Position numbers and translations under genes: made by a program. A stretch of 49,182 nucleotides of DNA from NCBI GenBank assembly GCA_035285545.1, contig JAYKGY010000066.1:1-49182 (forward strand), written 5' to 3'. Of the stretch, positions 1 to 11,386 are shown piece by piece. Under the pieces are notes generated by a model. That model saw only the letters and a program-made list of their open reading frames with translations, had not been told where the DNA came from and searched no databases. The stretch is from Snowella sp. Its GTDB lineage: Bacteria > Cyanobacteriota > Cyanobacteriia > Cyanobacteriales > Microcystaceae. Each line of letters starts with the position of its first letter. Position 1 is the stretch's first letter.

Positions 1-2
1 AC

Positions 3-2423
3 AATGCCACCCAACGTCCTTGGTATAAAGAGGCAGAAAAGCATCCCGATAAGATTGCTTGGACAGATGTTTATATTTTTCGCACGAGTAAGACCCCAGG
101 GATCAGTGCCTCGATTCCGTTAGATAAAAAGGGGAAACGACTCGGCGTAATTAGCATTGATTTTGAACTGCGGCAAATTTCGGATTATCTCAAAGAATTA
201 ATGGAAAAGCGGCGAGAAGGGGTTATTTTTTTGGTTAATGAAAATGATGAGCTAATTGCTTCTAATCTTTTTAACTCGAATAATTCGGATGGCCCCAATC
301 AAACAACCGGTCTAAAACTTAAAAAGTTGGGTGAGTTGGATAATGTTTACCTTAAATTTGTGGAGCAAATTTTAAAGACCTATGACCTATCGCTGAAACA
401 GATTGCGACTGACCCAAAGGCTCAGATTCAATATATCTATCGAGATCCAAAGACCAATAACCGTTATTACATTTCATTAAGTTCCTTGCAATATCCGGAA
501 ACCTTTAAGGCTCAAAATGCGAATTATCCCAAGTGGGTGGTAGGGACTGTGATCCCCGAATCCTATTACGTGGCTGAAATTAATGAGAATCAGGAGCGGC
601 TTTTTTATTTGATTGCGGGGTTTGTGGTATTGACCGGGGGGTTGGCGATTTGGATTGCGGATCGGGTTTTTGTTCAACCCATTTTAGCGATCGCGAAAGC
701 CGCCCAAGCGATCGAAGCCGAACACTTTGAAGCCGTTAACCTCAAGACCGTGACAAAACGCCAAGATGAATTAGGCCATTTAGCCCATCTTTTTATACAA
801 ATGTCTCAGAAAATCCAAGATTCCTTTAATAAGCTCGCAAAAACGAATGAGGAATTGGAAATGCGGGTAGATGAAAGAACCCTGGAATTAAAAGAAGCGA
901 AGGAACAAGCCGAAGAAGCCAACCAAACCAAAAGCCAATTTTTAGCGAATATGAGCCATGAATTACGAACGCCCTTGAATGCCATCATTGGCTATAGTGA
1001 AATGCTGCAAGAAGAAGCGGAAGATTTAGGCGAAGAACTTTTTATCCAAGATTTAAAAAAAATCCAGGGAGCCGGTAAACATCTTTTAGAACTGATTAAC
1101 GATATTTTAGATCTATCTAAAATCGAAGCGGGACGGATGGATTTATATCTCGAAAACTTTGAAATTATCCCCATCCTCACTGAAATTGTGGCGACGATTC
1201 AACCGTTAATTGAAAAAAATAATAACACCTTAATCGTCAATTATCCGCCCGAAATCGGCACCATGTTTGCGGATGTTACTAAAATTAGACAAAGCCTTTT
1301 TAATCTGATTAGTAATGCCAGTAAATTTACTCAAAAGGGAACCATTACCTTAACCGTCAATCGATATTTAAAAAATGATCAAGATTGGGTCTCTTTCCAA
1401 ATTCAAGATACGGGGATCGGCATGACCCCTGAACAATTGGGTAAACTGTTTAAAGCCTTTTCCCAAGCGGACGCTTCAACGACTCGCAAATACGGGGGAA
1501 CGGGTTTAGGGTTAGTCATTACCCAAAAATTTGCCCAAATGATGGGCGGGGATATTTTCGTTGAAAGCGAAATCGGAGTCGGATCCCGTTTTACCATTCA
1601 TTTGCCCACCCAGGTCGCCGATCTTTCCAAGGCTTCTGATCCTAAAAAAACGGAAACGAATCCGAATCTCTCTAGCCTCTTTGCCGGTAAGACGATTTTA
1701 GTGATCGATGATGATCCCACAACCCACGACCTTATTCGTCGTTTTTTAGAACCCGAAGGTTTTCAAGTTTTAGCCACCACCAACCCAGAAGAGGGGCTGC
1801 AATGGGCCAAATCTAAGCGTCCTGACGGCATTATCTTAGATATTATTATGCCCAAGATGGATGGCTGGGCTGTACTCACTCGTCTCAAAGCCGATCCGAC
1901 CCTTGCCGCTATTCCGATTATTGTCGCTACGGTTTTAGAAGATCAAAGTTTGGGATATACCTTGGGGGCGACGGACTATCTCACAAAACCCATTCAACGC
2001 AAACAATTACAAGGCCTTCTCGAAAAATATCGCTCTAAGTTATCTTCCCAGCTTATTTTAGTCGTGGATGATGATGCGAATAATCGAGGAATTTTGCGTC
2101 GCCAATTAGAAAAAGAAGATTGGACAGTGATTGAAGCGGATAATGGACGAAATGCGTTGGCCCAATTAGCGGAACATTCTCCGGCTTTAATTTTATTAGA
2201 TTTGATGATGCCCGAAATGGATGGGTTTGAGGTGATTAATCAACTCCGTCAACAGGAAGCCTGGCGCGATATTCCGGTGATCGTGATTACCGCGAAGGAT
2301 CTCACGGAATCTGACCGGCAACAGTTAAATGGTTCTGTCGAAAGTATTATGCAAAAAGGAGCGTATAATCGTCAGGAGCTATTAAAAGAAGTACGTCATC
2401 TCCTCAAACAAGTTATGGAATAA
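3..2423 (+). CDS. Hybrid sensor histidine kinase (Cache-TM-HAMP-HisKA-HATPase-REC-REC), 5'-partial
   Basis: The frame is open from base 3 ([13 protein letters not shown]..., a Cache-type RPWY motif), so the true start is upstream of the window. It has the H-box [21 protein letters not shown] boxes (DTGIGM, GGTGLGL) and two receiver domains (ILVIDDD...LDIIMP; ILVVDDD...LDLMMP). Confidence 0.93.
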   Translation, partial: NATQRPWYKEAEKHPDKIAWTDVYIFRTSKTPGISASIPLDKKGKRLGVISIDFELRQISDYLKELMEKRREGVIFLVNENDELIASNLFNSNNSDGPNQTTGLKLKKLGELDNVYLKFVEQILKTYDLSLKQIATDPKAQIQYIYRDPKTNNRYYISLSSLQYPETFKAQNANYPKWVVGTVIPESYYVAEINENQERLFYLIAGFVVLTGGLAIWIADRVFVQPILAIAKAAQAIEAEHFEAVNLKTVTKRQDELGHLAHLFIQMSQKIQDSFNKLAKTNEELEMRVDERTLELKEAKEQAEEANQTKSQFLANMSHELRTPLNAIIGYSEMLQEEAEDLGEELFIQDLKKIQGAGKHLLELINDILDLSKIEAGRMDLYLENFEIIPILTEIVATIQPLIEKNNNTLIVNYPPEIGTMFADVTKIRQSLFNLISNASKFTQKGTITLTVNRYLKNDQDWVSFQIQDTGIGMTPEQLGKLFKAFSQADASTTRKYGGTGLGLVITQKFAQMMGGDIFVESEIGVGSRFTIHLPTQVADLSKASDPKKTETNPNLSSLFAGKTILVIDDDPTTHDLIRRFLEPEGFQVLATTNPEEGLQWAKSKRPDGIILDIIMPKMDGWAVLTRLKADPTLAAIPIIVATVLEDQSLGYTLGATDYLTKPIQRKQLQGLLEKYRSKLSSQLILVVDDDANNRGILRRQLEKEDWTVIEADNGRNALAQLAEHSPALILLDLMMPEMDGFEVINQLRQQEAWRDIPVIVITAKDLTESDRQQLNGSVESIMQKGAYNRQELLKEVRHLLKQVME

Positions 2424-2451
2424 TTATTCTTGAATTTTAATCTTTATACAA

Positions 2452-4329
2452 ATGTTGAGAAAGTTTTGGCAAAAAAGTATTAAATTTAAGCTTTTATTAC
2501 CCTTTTCACTGTTGTCTTTGGTGATTGTGGGCACAATGTCGGTGGTTGCCTATAGTATGTCTCGTCGTGAATTACAAAATGGCGTTTTTGAAAGATTAAA
2601 TATTGTAATTCAAATGAAAGAGAGTGAGTTGAAAAATTGGATTAAGGATCAGTCCAAGGATGTCTACATTGCGGCAAATGACCTTCAACAAATTAAGTGG
2701 TTGGGACAAGAATTATTAACGAATTCCATGACGGCTTCAGCCCAAAAGAAAACCTGTCAATCCTTGAGCCAAAATTTTGATCGAATTTCTGGTAGCAAAA
2801 CTAATTTGCAAAATATTTATTTATTGACCATTAATGGAGAAATTCTTTGTTCTAATCGAACGTCTCTCATTGGCCAATATCAACCTGTGATTGCGTCCGG
2901 TACCTTTTTTACGCCAGAAACGATTAATGACATTAAACCGATTATTTATGTTTCTCCTTTAACTCAGCAACGAACGATTACCCTCGTCACGCCTTTTTTG
3001 AATATGGCAGGGACTCAAATCGGATTTTTTAGTGTCGATCTAGATTTAAAATCTCTTGACCAATTGCTTCAGGAATCTACCCATATTTCTTCGATTCATA
3101 ATATTTTATTGATTGCCAGTAATTCCAATTTACTAGAGGCAAAAGCTCAATTTTTTACCGATTCGTTACTTAATATCAAAGTGGCCGAGGATTTAAAAAG
3201 TCCGGCGATCGCGGCCGCACTAGAAGGCCAAAAAGGAGAAAAATTCTATCGAAACCATGAAAATATTCGAGTTTTAGGAGCCTATCGTCCCCTGAGTAAT
3301 CGTTTAATCTTAATTGCAGAAACCGACCAACGCCAAGCCTTCCTTCCTGCCTTTCGCATTACCAAAGAGATTATTAGTATCGGTCTTTTGTTTTCGGCTA
3401 TTGCCTTAGGATTGGTTTATTTGATTTCGGAGCAATTAACAAAACCGATTCGCTCGTTAACCCAGATTGTGCTGGCGTTAGGGGAAGGAAACTTCAATGC
3501 GAGAGTCAAAAATTACGGGGAAGATGAGGTGGGGATTTTAGCCAGAACCTTAAATTCAATGTCGGATTCTCTTCAAACAACCTTTCAACAACTCACCGAG
3601 CAAAAACAACTGGCCGAGGCAGCCAATCGAGCTAAAAATGCTTTTCTAGCCAATATGAGCCATGAATTACGAACCCCTTTAAATGCCATTATTGGGTATA
3701 GCGAAATGTTAGAAGAAGAAGTCAGCGATCGCGATGAAGAAGATTTGATCCCCGACTTACACAAAATTCAAACCGCAGGGAAAAATTTATTAGGCATCGT
3801 TAATAACGTCTTGGATATTTCTAAATTAGAAAGTGGACAAATGGAGGTTCAAATTGAAACCTTTTCCTTGATTTCTTTGATTAACGAAGTCGTCGCCAGT
3901 AGCCAATTATTAATCGAGCAAAATCACAATCAAATTCGCGTAAATTATCCCGAAAACTTAGGAACGATGGCCGGAGACTTTACCAAAATTCGCCAGTGTC
4001 TTTTGATTTTACTCAGTAACGCTGCCAAATTTACCACGAAAGGAACCATTGATTTTTCGATTGATCGCGATTTCGCCGATGATCACGAATGGATTCGCTT
4101 TGAAGTTCAAGATACCGGCATTGGGATTGCTCCCGATAAACATAATTGTCTCTTTGTTCCCTTTAGCCAGGTTGATACTTCTTCCACCCGACCCTACGAT
4201 GGCGCAGGATTAGGATTAGCGATCGCGAAACAATATTGCCAACTGATGGGAGGAGAAATTACCCTAGAGAGCGAACTGGGAAAAGGTTCAATTTTTCAAA
4301 TCAAACTACCGGCTACCCTCTCCCCTTAA
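2452..4329 (+). CDS. Membrane sensor histidine kinase (Cache-like, HAMP, HisKA, HATPase)
   Basis: Two TM segments flank a periplasmic region. HAMP (DEVGILARTLNSM), H-box [20 protein letters not shown] and DGAGLGL are present. Confidence 0.92.
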   Translation: MLRKFWQKSIKFKLLLPFSLLSLVIVGTMSVVAYSMSRRELQNGVFERLNIVIQMKESELKNWIKDQSKDVYIAANDLQQIKWLGQELLTNSMTASAQKKTCQSLSQNFDRISGSKTNLQNIYLLTINGEILCSNRTSLIGQYQPVIASGTFFTPETINDIKPIIYVSPLTQQRTITLVTPFLNMAGTQIGFFSVDLDLKSLDQLLQESTHISSIHNILLIASNSNLLEAKAQFFTDSLLNIKVAEDLKSPAIAAALEGQKGEKFYRNHENIRVLGAYRPLSNRLILIAETDQRQAFLPAFRITKEIISIGLLFSAIALGLVYLISEQLTKPIRSLTQIVLALGEGNFNARVKNYGEDEVGILARTLNSMSDSLQTTFQQLTEQKQLAEAANRAKNAFLANMSHELRTPLNAIIGYSEMLEEEVSDRDEEDLIPDLHKIQTAGKNLLGIVNNVLDISKLESGQMEVQIETFSLISLINEVVASSQLLIEQNHNQIRVNYPENLGTMAGDFTKIRQCLLILLSNAAKFTTKGTIDFSIDRDFADDHEWIRFEVQDTGIGIAPDKHNCLFVPFSQVDTSSTRPYDGAGLGLAIAKQYCQLMGGEITLESELGKGSIFQIKLPATLSP

Positions 4330-4499
4330 AAACCATTAAAAAAAAGAAGAAACTTGTCAAGATCTATCATTTTGGGCATAAAAACATCCCATGATTGATT
4401 TTAAGAATAAAAATAAACAATTAATAAAAATTGTTCCTGATTTTAGCCAAACCGATTATTATCAAATTGTTGATTGAATCAATTTTCTATTATTTGAAA

Positions 4500-4871
4500 A
4501 TGCCTAAAACTAAAATTTTACTGGTAGAAGATAACGAAATGAATCGGGATATGCTGTCTCGGCGGCTAGAACGGAAAGGGTATGATGTTATTATCGCGAT
4601 CGATGGAGCAGAAGGCGTAGCAATGGGGTTAACTGAAAAACCTGACTTGATCTTAATGGATATGAGCTTACCTGTGATTGATGGATGGACAGCCACTCAA
4701 CAGTTAAAAGCCGATCCCCAAGGCCAATCCATTCCCATTATTGCCCTAACCGCCCACGCCATGACCGGCGATCGGGAAAAAGCCCTTCAGGCGGGATGTG
4801 ATGATTATGATACCAAACCGATTGAATTACCCCGATTACTCAGTAAAATTGAAACCCTTCTCAATGGGTGA
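4500..4871 (+). CDS. Single-domain response regulator (CheY/DivK-like)
   Basis: ILLVEDN, LILMDMSLP, ALTA and KP motifs. The ATG at 4500 is preferred to the TTG at 4431. Confidence 0.92.
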   Translation: MPKTKILLVEDNEMNRDMLSRRLERKGYDVIIAIDGAEGVAMGLTEKPDLILMDMSLPVIDGWTATQQLKADPQGQSIPIIALTAHAMTGDREKALQAGCDDYDTKPIELPRLLSKIETLLNG

Positions 4872-5032
4872 TTGGTCTTACAGTCCTGTTTTGGTTGTCA
4901 TTACTCACGAATATCGAGCAATCTAACGATTGGAAATAACCTTTTTGATTATTCTTCAATGATTTAATTAACTTTAAAAATCAATTTTAAAAATCCCTTT
5001 AAGCGTTCTTTAAAAATTATCCCCGATCTTCA

Positions 5033-6844
5033 ATGGAAACTTTTTTTTCTGGATTATCCCAAGACGAGTACTCTAATGATTTTAGTCATTTAATTCCTAA
5101 TTTACGGCATGATTTTCGGACACCGATCAATGCCATTATTGGATACAGTGAAATGTTGCTAGAGGAAATAGAAGAATCCGAAGAAAAAGCAATTATTGAA
5201 AATTTTCAAAAAATCAATGGTGCCGGTCGGGAATTGCTATCTCTGATTAATCAAAACTTAAGCCCTACCCTAGAAAAAGACTTAACCCATTTAACAGCTT
5301 TACAAACGATTTTAGAAACCCTCCATCGAGAAAGCCGCTCCTCTTCAGAACAAATTTTAGAAAACTGTAGATTACTCAAATCCAATGCCGCTGTCACGGA
5401 TTTAATCACCGATATTGATCGCATTGAAACCGCAACAACGCGCTTTTGTGACATGTTAATTCAGGGGTTGAAGTTACCTTCCCTAGAATTGGAGAGTCCA
5501 GACCCGATTTCAACGGCTACTAGCGTTGCGATCTTAGAAGCGGCTTTCGTTCCTAGCAAGAAGCCCTCCGTTGCTGAACACTACACAGCCCATCTGTTGG
5601 TCGTGGATGACAATGAAAATAATCGAGATTTATTTACTCGCCAGTTACAACGGGAAGGTTACACAGTCACAACAGCAAGCAATGGCAGAGAAGCCCTAGA
5701 AATGGTAAAAACAGGTGCATACGAGCTAGTCTTGTTAGACCTCAGAATGCCCGAATTAGATGGCTATCAAGTGTTAGACCAACTTAAACGCGATGAACAG
5801 TGGCAACATATCCCCGTGATTATGATTTCTGCTTCGGATGAAATTGATCAGGTGGTTCGCTGTATCGAAATCGGAGCCGAAGATTTTCTTCCGAAACCCT
5901 TTAATCCCACTTTACTGAAAGCTCGTATTGGGGCGGCCTTGGATAAGAAACGGTTCCGCGATCGCGAACGTAATTACTTACAGCAAGTAGAAAGCTATTC
6001 CCAAAAACTCAATCAAGAGCTAGAGAAAGGCCGCCAAATGCAACTCAACTTTCTCCCCGCCGAGAAACTCAACGTCCCCCAGTGGGAAATTGCCACCTTT
6101 TTCAAACCCGCCCGTCAGGTTGCTGGTGATTTCTACGACACCTTTCCGATTATGGACAATCATGTCGGCCTAGTCATTGCTGATGTGTGCGATAAAGGTG
6201 TGGGAGCCGCCCTCTTTATGGCTTTATTCCGCAGTCTAATCCGTATTTTCTCTAAGCAGACCCAAATGCGAAACCTGTATCGGCATTGGCTGACGGATCA
6301 ATCCTTAACCGAGACGGAAGCAATGAATGTTAATCGTTGTCCCGAAGTCAGTCCCCGTGACGTTCTAGAAGCCGTTTCTTTAACGAATAACTATGTCGCC
6401 GAGCATCATGGAGATTTAGGCATGTTTGCCACGTTGTTTTTTGGGGTTTTAGATCCCGCAACGGGGCTACTGACCTATATTAATGGGGGCCATGAACCCC
6501 TATTTATTATCAATCCACAAGGCGAAATTCAACAACAATTAAATTCGACTGGCCCTGCTGTGGGAATGTTACCCAATCTGAAATTTAAAATTGAACAAAC
6601 CCATTTAGAAGCCGGAAATATTTTATTAGGCTATACCGATGGGGTTCCCGAAGCGCGGGCACTCGATGGCAGCTTTTTCACCAGTCAACGCTTAAAAGAC
6701 CTATTACAACAGCCAACTCCTTCGGCAACGGAACTGCTTAATCGCATCACCGACAGCGTTGTTACCTATATCGGGGAAGCGGATCAATTTGATGATATTA
6801 CCCTATTAGCTATTCAACGGACGCTGGGATCTCCCCTGCCCTAA
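5033..6844 (+). CDS. HisKA-like + receiver + PP2C (SpoIIE/RsbU-type) phosphatase
   Basis: N-terminal [17 protein letters not shown], receiver LLVVDDN...LLDLRMP...KP, and PP2C motifs VAGDFYD, IADVCDKG, YTDG, DDIT. Confidence 0.9.
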   Translation: METFFSGLSQDEYSNDFSHLIPNLRHDFRTPINAIIGYSEMLLEEIEESEEKAIIENFQKINGAGRELLSLINQNLSPTLEKDLTHLTALQTILETLHRESRSSSEQILENCRLLKSNAAVTDLITDIDRIETATTRFCDMLIQGLKLPSLELESPDPISTATSVAILEAAFVPSKKPSVAEHYTAHLLVVDDNENNRDLFTRQLQREGYTVTTASNGREALEMVKTGAYELVLLDLRMPELDGYQVLDQLKRDEQWQHIPVIMISASDEIDQVVRCIEIGAEDFLPKPFNPTLLKARIGAALDKKRFRDRERNYLQQVESYSQKLNQELEKGRQMQLNFLPAEKLNVPQWEIATFFKPARQVAGDFYDTFPIMDNHVGLVIADVCDKGVGAALFMALFRSLIRIFSKQTQMRNLYRHWLTDQSLTETEAMNVNRCPEVSPRDVLEAVSLTNNYVAEHHGDLGMFATLFFGVLDPATGLLTYINGGHEPLFIINPQGEIQQQLNSTGPAVGMLPNLKFKIEQTHLEAGNILLGYTDGVPEARALDGSFFTSQRLKDLLQQPTPSATELLNRITDSVVTYIGEADQFDDITLLAIQRTLGSPLP

Positions 6845-6948
6845 CCATTGCTTGAACTCCCCCTAGCCTAGACGAGTAGGTGATTTATTGAATCTTACAA
6901 GATAAAATTTTTTGAATACTTCAATCTCTAGATACTTTTGTGGGGGCT

Positions 6949-7935
6949 ATGCAGTTTGTTGATTCTTTTAGCTTATCTAAACCGTTGATTTATAATCAAG
7001 TTTTTCAAGATGTTGATGAACTTGCGACAAGCCTAAATAAACAACGATTTTTTTGTTTGACGCAGTTGCAGCCTTACCCTGCACAATACCATTTCTGTCA
7101 TGTGGATTTTGGGCTTGCTCAATTTTTACGAACCGCTTCTTGCCATCCGCTTCAAGTTACAGGAGACAAGTCGGAAGAATTTATTGAATTTGCCGTTTTA
7201 TTGAATCCCGCTGCTAGCAATGTCATATCCCATCATATTTCGTTAAATCAAGATCATCTTTTTGCTTTTGATCTCCATCGAGAAGCGGATCTGATTTTAC
7301 CCGCTAATTTTGACATCACAACTTTTCGTTTTCAAATTGATTATTTTCAAGACTGCTTAGAAGCAATGAATCGTTTGGATATTGACTATTCTTTGTTCAA
7401 ACGGAATTATCTATTTTTACCCCAGACCCTACCCAGTATTCATGCTTATCTCAGAAATTTTTTTAAGTTAGTCAAAAATACACCTCATTTACTGGTTGAT
7501 CATCAATTTACAAAACTGATTTTAGAAGATTTTTTGCCGCTACTAATTATAGCAATTCCCCAGCAAATAGAGTCAAATTCTCAATCTGTTCCTCTGCATT
7601 TTCGTCGGCAGTTAGTGAGAGAAGTGAGAGAATATATGATAGAAAATTTAGATCAACCGATTACGTTAAAAGATCTTTGTCAAAGATTATACACTAGCAG
7701 CCGAACCATTAGTTATGGGTTTGAAGAAGTATTCGGTATTAGTCCAATGCTTTATTTAAAGATTCTGCGTTTACATAGTGTTCGTAGAGCTTTAAAAAGT
7801 GCTAATCCCACGGAAGAAACAGTCATGAAAATTGCAAATCGTTCTGGCTTTTGGAGTATGGGTCATTTTACGCGAGACTATAAAACTTTTTTTGGTGAAT
7901 TACCGTCAGAAACCTTAAATCAAATAAACAATTAG
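6949..7935 (+). CDS. AraC-family transcriptional regulator (EutR-like)
   Basis: C-terminal double HTH (ITLKDLC...SRTISYGFEEVFGISP...IANRSGFWSMGHFTRDYKTFFGELPSETL). The start could also be the GTG at 6940. Confidence 0.9.
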   Translation: MQFVDSFSLSKPLIYNQVFQDVDELATSLNKQRFFCLTQLQPYPAQYHFCHVDFGLAQFLRTASCHPLQVTGDKSEEFIEFAVLLNPAASNVISHHISLNQDHLFAFDLHREADLILPANFDITTFRFQIDYFQDCLEAMNRLDIDYSLFKRNYLFLPQTLPSIHAYLRNFFKLVKNTPHLLVDHQFTKLILEDFLPLLIIAIPQQIESNSQSVPLHFRRQLVREVREYMIENLDQPITLKDLCQRLYTSSRTISYGFEEVFGISPMLYLKILRLHSVRRALKSANPTEETVMKIANRSGFWSMGHFTRDYKTFFGELPSETLNQINN

Positions 7936-8098
7936 CCTTATTAAATTGATATAGTTGAGCTTGGAACTTATGAGGAAAATCCATGTTTAAGTCGATTGAA
8001 TTTCCTTAAAAATGTTTGATTTCCAGCAACCTTGATGAAGCAGACGATAAGATGATCATTAGGCATTACCAATAACAAAATCGATTGAGGGAGTATTT

Positions 8099-8251
8099 AT
8101 GAAACCGATGATTTGGAGACCGGAAGAAAAGGATGAAAAAGTGAATCAATATTTAGATCACGTTAACCATGAACCTTGGGTGCAATTTTTACTGATATTA
8201 ACCGTATTTGTCACCGTATTTAGCATTCTTATTTTTTTAGAAGTTTTTTAA
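8099..8251 (+). CDS. Small 50-aa protein with C-terminal hydrophobic helix (not in ORF track)
   Basis: GAGGGAG RBS at 8087-8093. Translates to MKPMIWRPEEKDEKVNQYLDHVNHEPWVQFLLILTVFVTVFSILIFLEVF*. Confidence 0.6.
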   Translation: MKPMIWRPEEKDEKVNQYLDHVNHEPWVQFLLILTVFVTVFSILIFLEVF

Positions 8252-8443
8252 ACAATAAGGAGAAAAATTCAGAGAGGGTCAATCTCATGTTTCCAAGACC
8301 AAAGACGTTTTAAACCGATTCTTGGATTGATGGGAAAAAGGAGAAAAGCCCGCAATGAGGGAATCAGGCTATGATAATAAGCGCGATCAGGTGAGTTTAC
8401 GACCGATTCCCTGATTAGCGACTATTCATTCCCTTGAGTACCT

Positions 8444-9559
8444 ATGATTCAGACCCTTTCTCCCCATTTACTTAGCCCTGTTCAATTAGGAGAGCTATGC
8501 TTACCGAATCGGGTGGTTTTAGCTCCTTTAACCCGATCGCGAGCCGGAGAGAGCCGTATTCCCAACGATTTGATGGCGACCTATTATGCTCAGCGCGCTT
8601 CAGCAGGATTGATGATCTCGGAAGCAACGGTCATTTCGGAACAAGCCATCGGTTGGTTAAATTCCCCTGGGATTTATAACGAAGAACAAGTCCAGGGATG
8701 GAAAAAAGTGATCGAGGCTGTTCATACCCAAGGGGGTCGCATTTTTCTGCAACTCTGGCACATGGGACGGGCTTCCCATTCCAGCTATCAACCCCATGGC
8801 ACGCTTCCCGTTGCGCCTTCCGCGATCGCGATTAAGGGAGAGGGCCTCATCACCCCCCTGGGCAAAGTTCCCTACGAAACCCCAAGAGCGTTAGAAACCG
8901 ACGAAATTCCTGATGTGGTGGAACAGTACCGTCAGGCCGCAGAAAAAGCGAAACGAGCCGGCTTTGATGGAGTCGAAATTCACGGAGCCAACGGCTATCT
9001 CATTGATCAATTCCTGCAAGCTAAAACGAATCACCGCAGCGATCGCTATGGAGGCAGCAAAGAAAATCGGTTTCAATTCTTAAAGGAAGTGACGGAAGCG
9101 GTTTTAACGGTCTGGGAGGCTGGACGGGTGGGAATCCGTTTTTCTCCCAATGGGACGTTTAATGATATGGGATCACCGGATTTTCGGGAATCATTTCTCT
9201 ACTATGCCGAACAACTCAACCCCTACAACCTAGCCTATCTGCACATTATGGATGGTTTGGGCTTTGGGTTTCATGAGTTAGGCGAACCGATGACCCTGAC
9301 GGAATTTCGGACGGTATTTAAGGGTTGCATCATGGGAAATTGTGGCTATAGCCAAGAAACGGCTGAAATTGCCATTAAGGAAGGGGCCGCTGATCTGATC
9401 GCCTTTGGTCGGCCCTATATCAGTAATCCCGATTTAGTGGAACGCTTTGCCCATGATTGGCCCCTCAATCCGTTATCGGATATGGCCACCTGGTATTCCT
9501 TTGAACCGGAAGGGTATATTGATTTTCTGCCCTATGAAGCTTCATCTCCCGTAGTTTAG
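8444..9559 (+). CDS. Alkene reductase, old yellow enzyme (NemA-like) family
   Basis: NRVVLAPLTRSRA, QLWHMGR, GFDGVEIHGANGYLIDQF and FGRPYISNPDL motifs. Confidence 0.95.
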   Translation: MIQTLSPHLLSPVQLGELCLPNRVVLAPLTRSRAGESRIPNDLMATYYAQRASAGLMISEATVISEQAIGWLNSPGIYNEEQVQGWKKVIEAVHTQGGRIFLQLWHMGRASHSSYQPHGTLPVAPSAIAIKGEGLITPLGKVPYETPRALETDEIPDVVEQYRQAAEKAKRAGFDGVEIHGANGYLIDQFLQAKTNHRSDRYGGSKENRFQFLKEVTEAVLTVWEAGRVGIRFSPNGTFNDMGSPDFRESFLYYAEQLNPYNLAYLHIMDGLGFGFHELGEPMTLTEFRTVFKGCIMGNCGYSQETAEIAIKEGAADLIAFGRPYISNPDLVERFAHDWPLNPLSDMATWYSFEPEGYIDFLPYEASSPVV

Positions 9560-9776
9560 GGATGGACAATTGGGTGAAAATATTGACTGATCAGCCTAAT
9601 TTCAGCCTAGAGATAGAGCCTTAAATTCGACTTAAATTCAACTAGAGCGAGGATTGATCCGTTTTTTTTCCCTTATCCTTAAAGTTAGATAGATTCATTT
9701 GCTGACTAGGGTTTCCCCTTGCCTCAAAACCCAGAGAAAAATTGCAGGGGGGATCAGCGGCGTAGGGCAAAACATT

Positions 9777-10265
9777 ATGGCAAATCATGACGTTTCAGCT
9801 AATTTTCAAGAATCACTCCATCCTAGCGACCATGATAGGAAAAGTCTGAATGAAATGTTGCAGGAATTGCGGGTTTTGCAACAAGGAAGTCAAATATTAA
9901 CAGGTTTTCTCGTTTTGCTACCTTTTACAGATGGATTTATCAAAATTGGTTCTTCTGAAAGGATTTTTTACATTACGGCGTTTATCGCATCACTCATTTG
10001 TTTGATCTGTTTTAGTGCTCCGGCTGCCCAACATCGTCTGAAACGCCCCCTTCACCACCGCGTTAAATTTAAGCAGATGTCAACCCGCATCATTAATCTG
10101 GGAACGTTTGCCCTTTCTATTGCCTTAATTGCTACAACCCAATTAGTTTTGAATGAAGTGGTCGGCGATCGCTGGTCGTATTTCGGCACCTTACTGATTG
10201 CCCTGCTCATTGGAACGATGTGGTGGCTGATTCCCCTAACACAACAGAGACGAAATCATTCCTAA
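9777..10265 (+). CDS. Small multi-TM membrane protein (DUF6328-like)
   Basis: EMLQELRVLQQGSQILTGFLVLLPF and APAAQHR motifs plus about 4 hydrophobic segments. ATG at 9777 preferred. Confidence 0.7.
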   Translation: MANHDVSANFQESLHPSDHDRKSLNEMLQELRVLQQGSQILTGFLVLLPFTDGFIKIGSSERIFYITAFIASLICLICFSAPAAQHRLKRPLHHRVKFKQMSTRIINLGTFALSIALIATTQLVLNEVVGDRWSYFGTLLIALLIGTMWWLIPLTQQRRNHS

Positions 10266-10333
10266 GCTATCTCAGCAACCATAGTTACAACTAAACTGTA
10301 TTTTTGGGGATTTCTCCGCTTTTTCAGTCTCTT

Positions 10334-11206
10334 TTAATCAAAAACCACTGTTCGTAAGCCTAATCCCGATTGCTCAGATTTTCCATAAACTAAGACGCGA
10401 TTATCTAAATGTTGCCGTATTGCTCTTGCTAAAACAATCCGCTCCAAATCCTTACCCTTACGAATGAGATCGGATACGGAATCGCGGTGAGAAACGCGAA
10501 TAACATCCTGCTCGATAATCGGGCCTTCATCCAATTCTTCCGTTACATAATGAGCCGTTGCCCCAATAATTTTTACGCCTCGTTGATAGGCGCGCTGGTA
10601 AGGATTCGCTCCTGCAAAGGCCGGTAAAAAGGAGTGATGAATATTAATCACTTGAGAAAATTGGGCAAGAAAGGCAGGACTCAATACCTGCATATATTTG
10701 GCCAGAACGACCAGATCAATTTGATATTGTCGCAATAGGGCTAATTGCTGCTGTTCTTGCGCCTGTTTGGTTTCGGGAGTCAGGGGAATGTAATGATAAT
10801 TAATGCCAAAGTCATGGGCAATGCTTTCTAAGTCAGGATGATTGCTAATCACAACAGGGATGGTGGCGATAAATTCCTGCGATCGCTGACGCAAAATTAA
10901 GTCATATAAACAATGATTCTGTTTAGATACAAAAATAGCCAAACGAGGAACATAATCTGAAAAATGAATCTGCCATTGGGCTTGAATTGCGATGGCGAAT
11001 GGGGTAAATGTCGGCGCGATTTCTTCCCGTGTTAACGCAAACGCCTCTAAGTCCCACTCAATCCGCATCAGAAATAAATTAATATTGCTATCCGTATGTT
11101 GTGCAGCGTCTAAAATATTGCCATTATGGGAGAAAATCCAGTCCGATATTTTTGCAACTAAGCCTTTTTGGTCAGGGCAAGAAATCAGTAAAGTTGCTGT
11201 AGCCAT
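10334..11206 (-). CDS. purU: Formyltetrahydrofolate deformylase
   Basis: ACT-domain start CPDQKGLVA, INIHHSFLPAF, GVKIIGATAHYVTEELDEGPII. Confidence 0.97.
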   Translation of the reverse strand: MATATLLISCPDQKGLVAKISDWIFSHNGNILDAAQHTDSNINLFLMRIEWDLEAFALTREEIAPTFTPFAIAIQAQWQIHFSDYVPRLAIFVSKQNHCLYDLILRQRSQEFIATIPVVISNHPDLESIAHDFGINYHYIPLTPETKQAQEQQQLALLRQYQIDLVVLAKYMQVLSPAFLAQFSQVINIHHSFLPAFAGANPYQRAYQRGVKIIGATAHYVTEELDEGPIIEQDVIRVSHRDSVSDLIRKGKDLERIVLARAIRQHLDNRVLVYGKSEQSGLGLRTVVFD

Positions 11207-11386
11207 GGGGTTAAATACGATTTTTCATCTATTATTCCTCATATTTTTGAAGATTACTCTCAAGAGTTACGATTAGTAATGATAGAAAAGCATAGGCTAC
11301 TTTTATGAGACAATCTGTCTGTTTTCAGAATTGTCAATTAAGTCAGCGAGTAATCTAAGCAAATCATAATCGCGGGGATTAGGATC

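Noticed and set aside
9700..9760. CTAGGGTTTCC resembling the start of a guanidine-I (ykkC) riboswitch
   Set aside because: The downstream conserved elements are absent.
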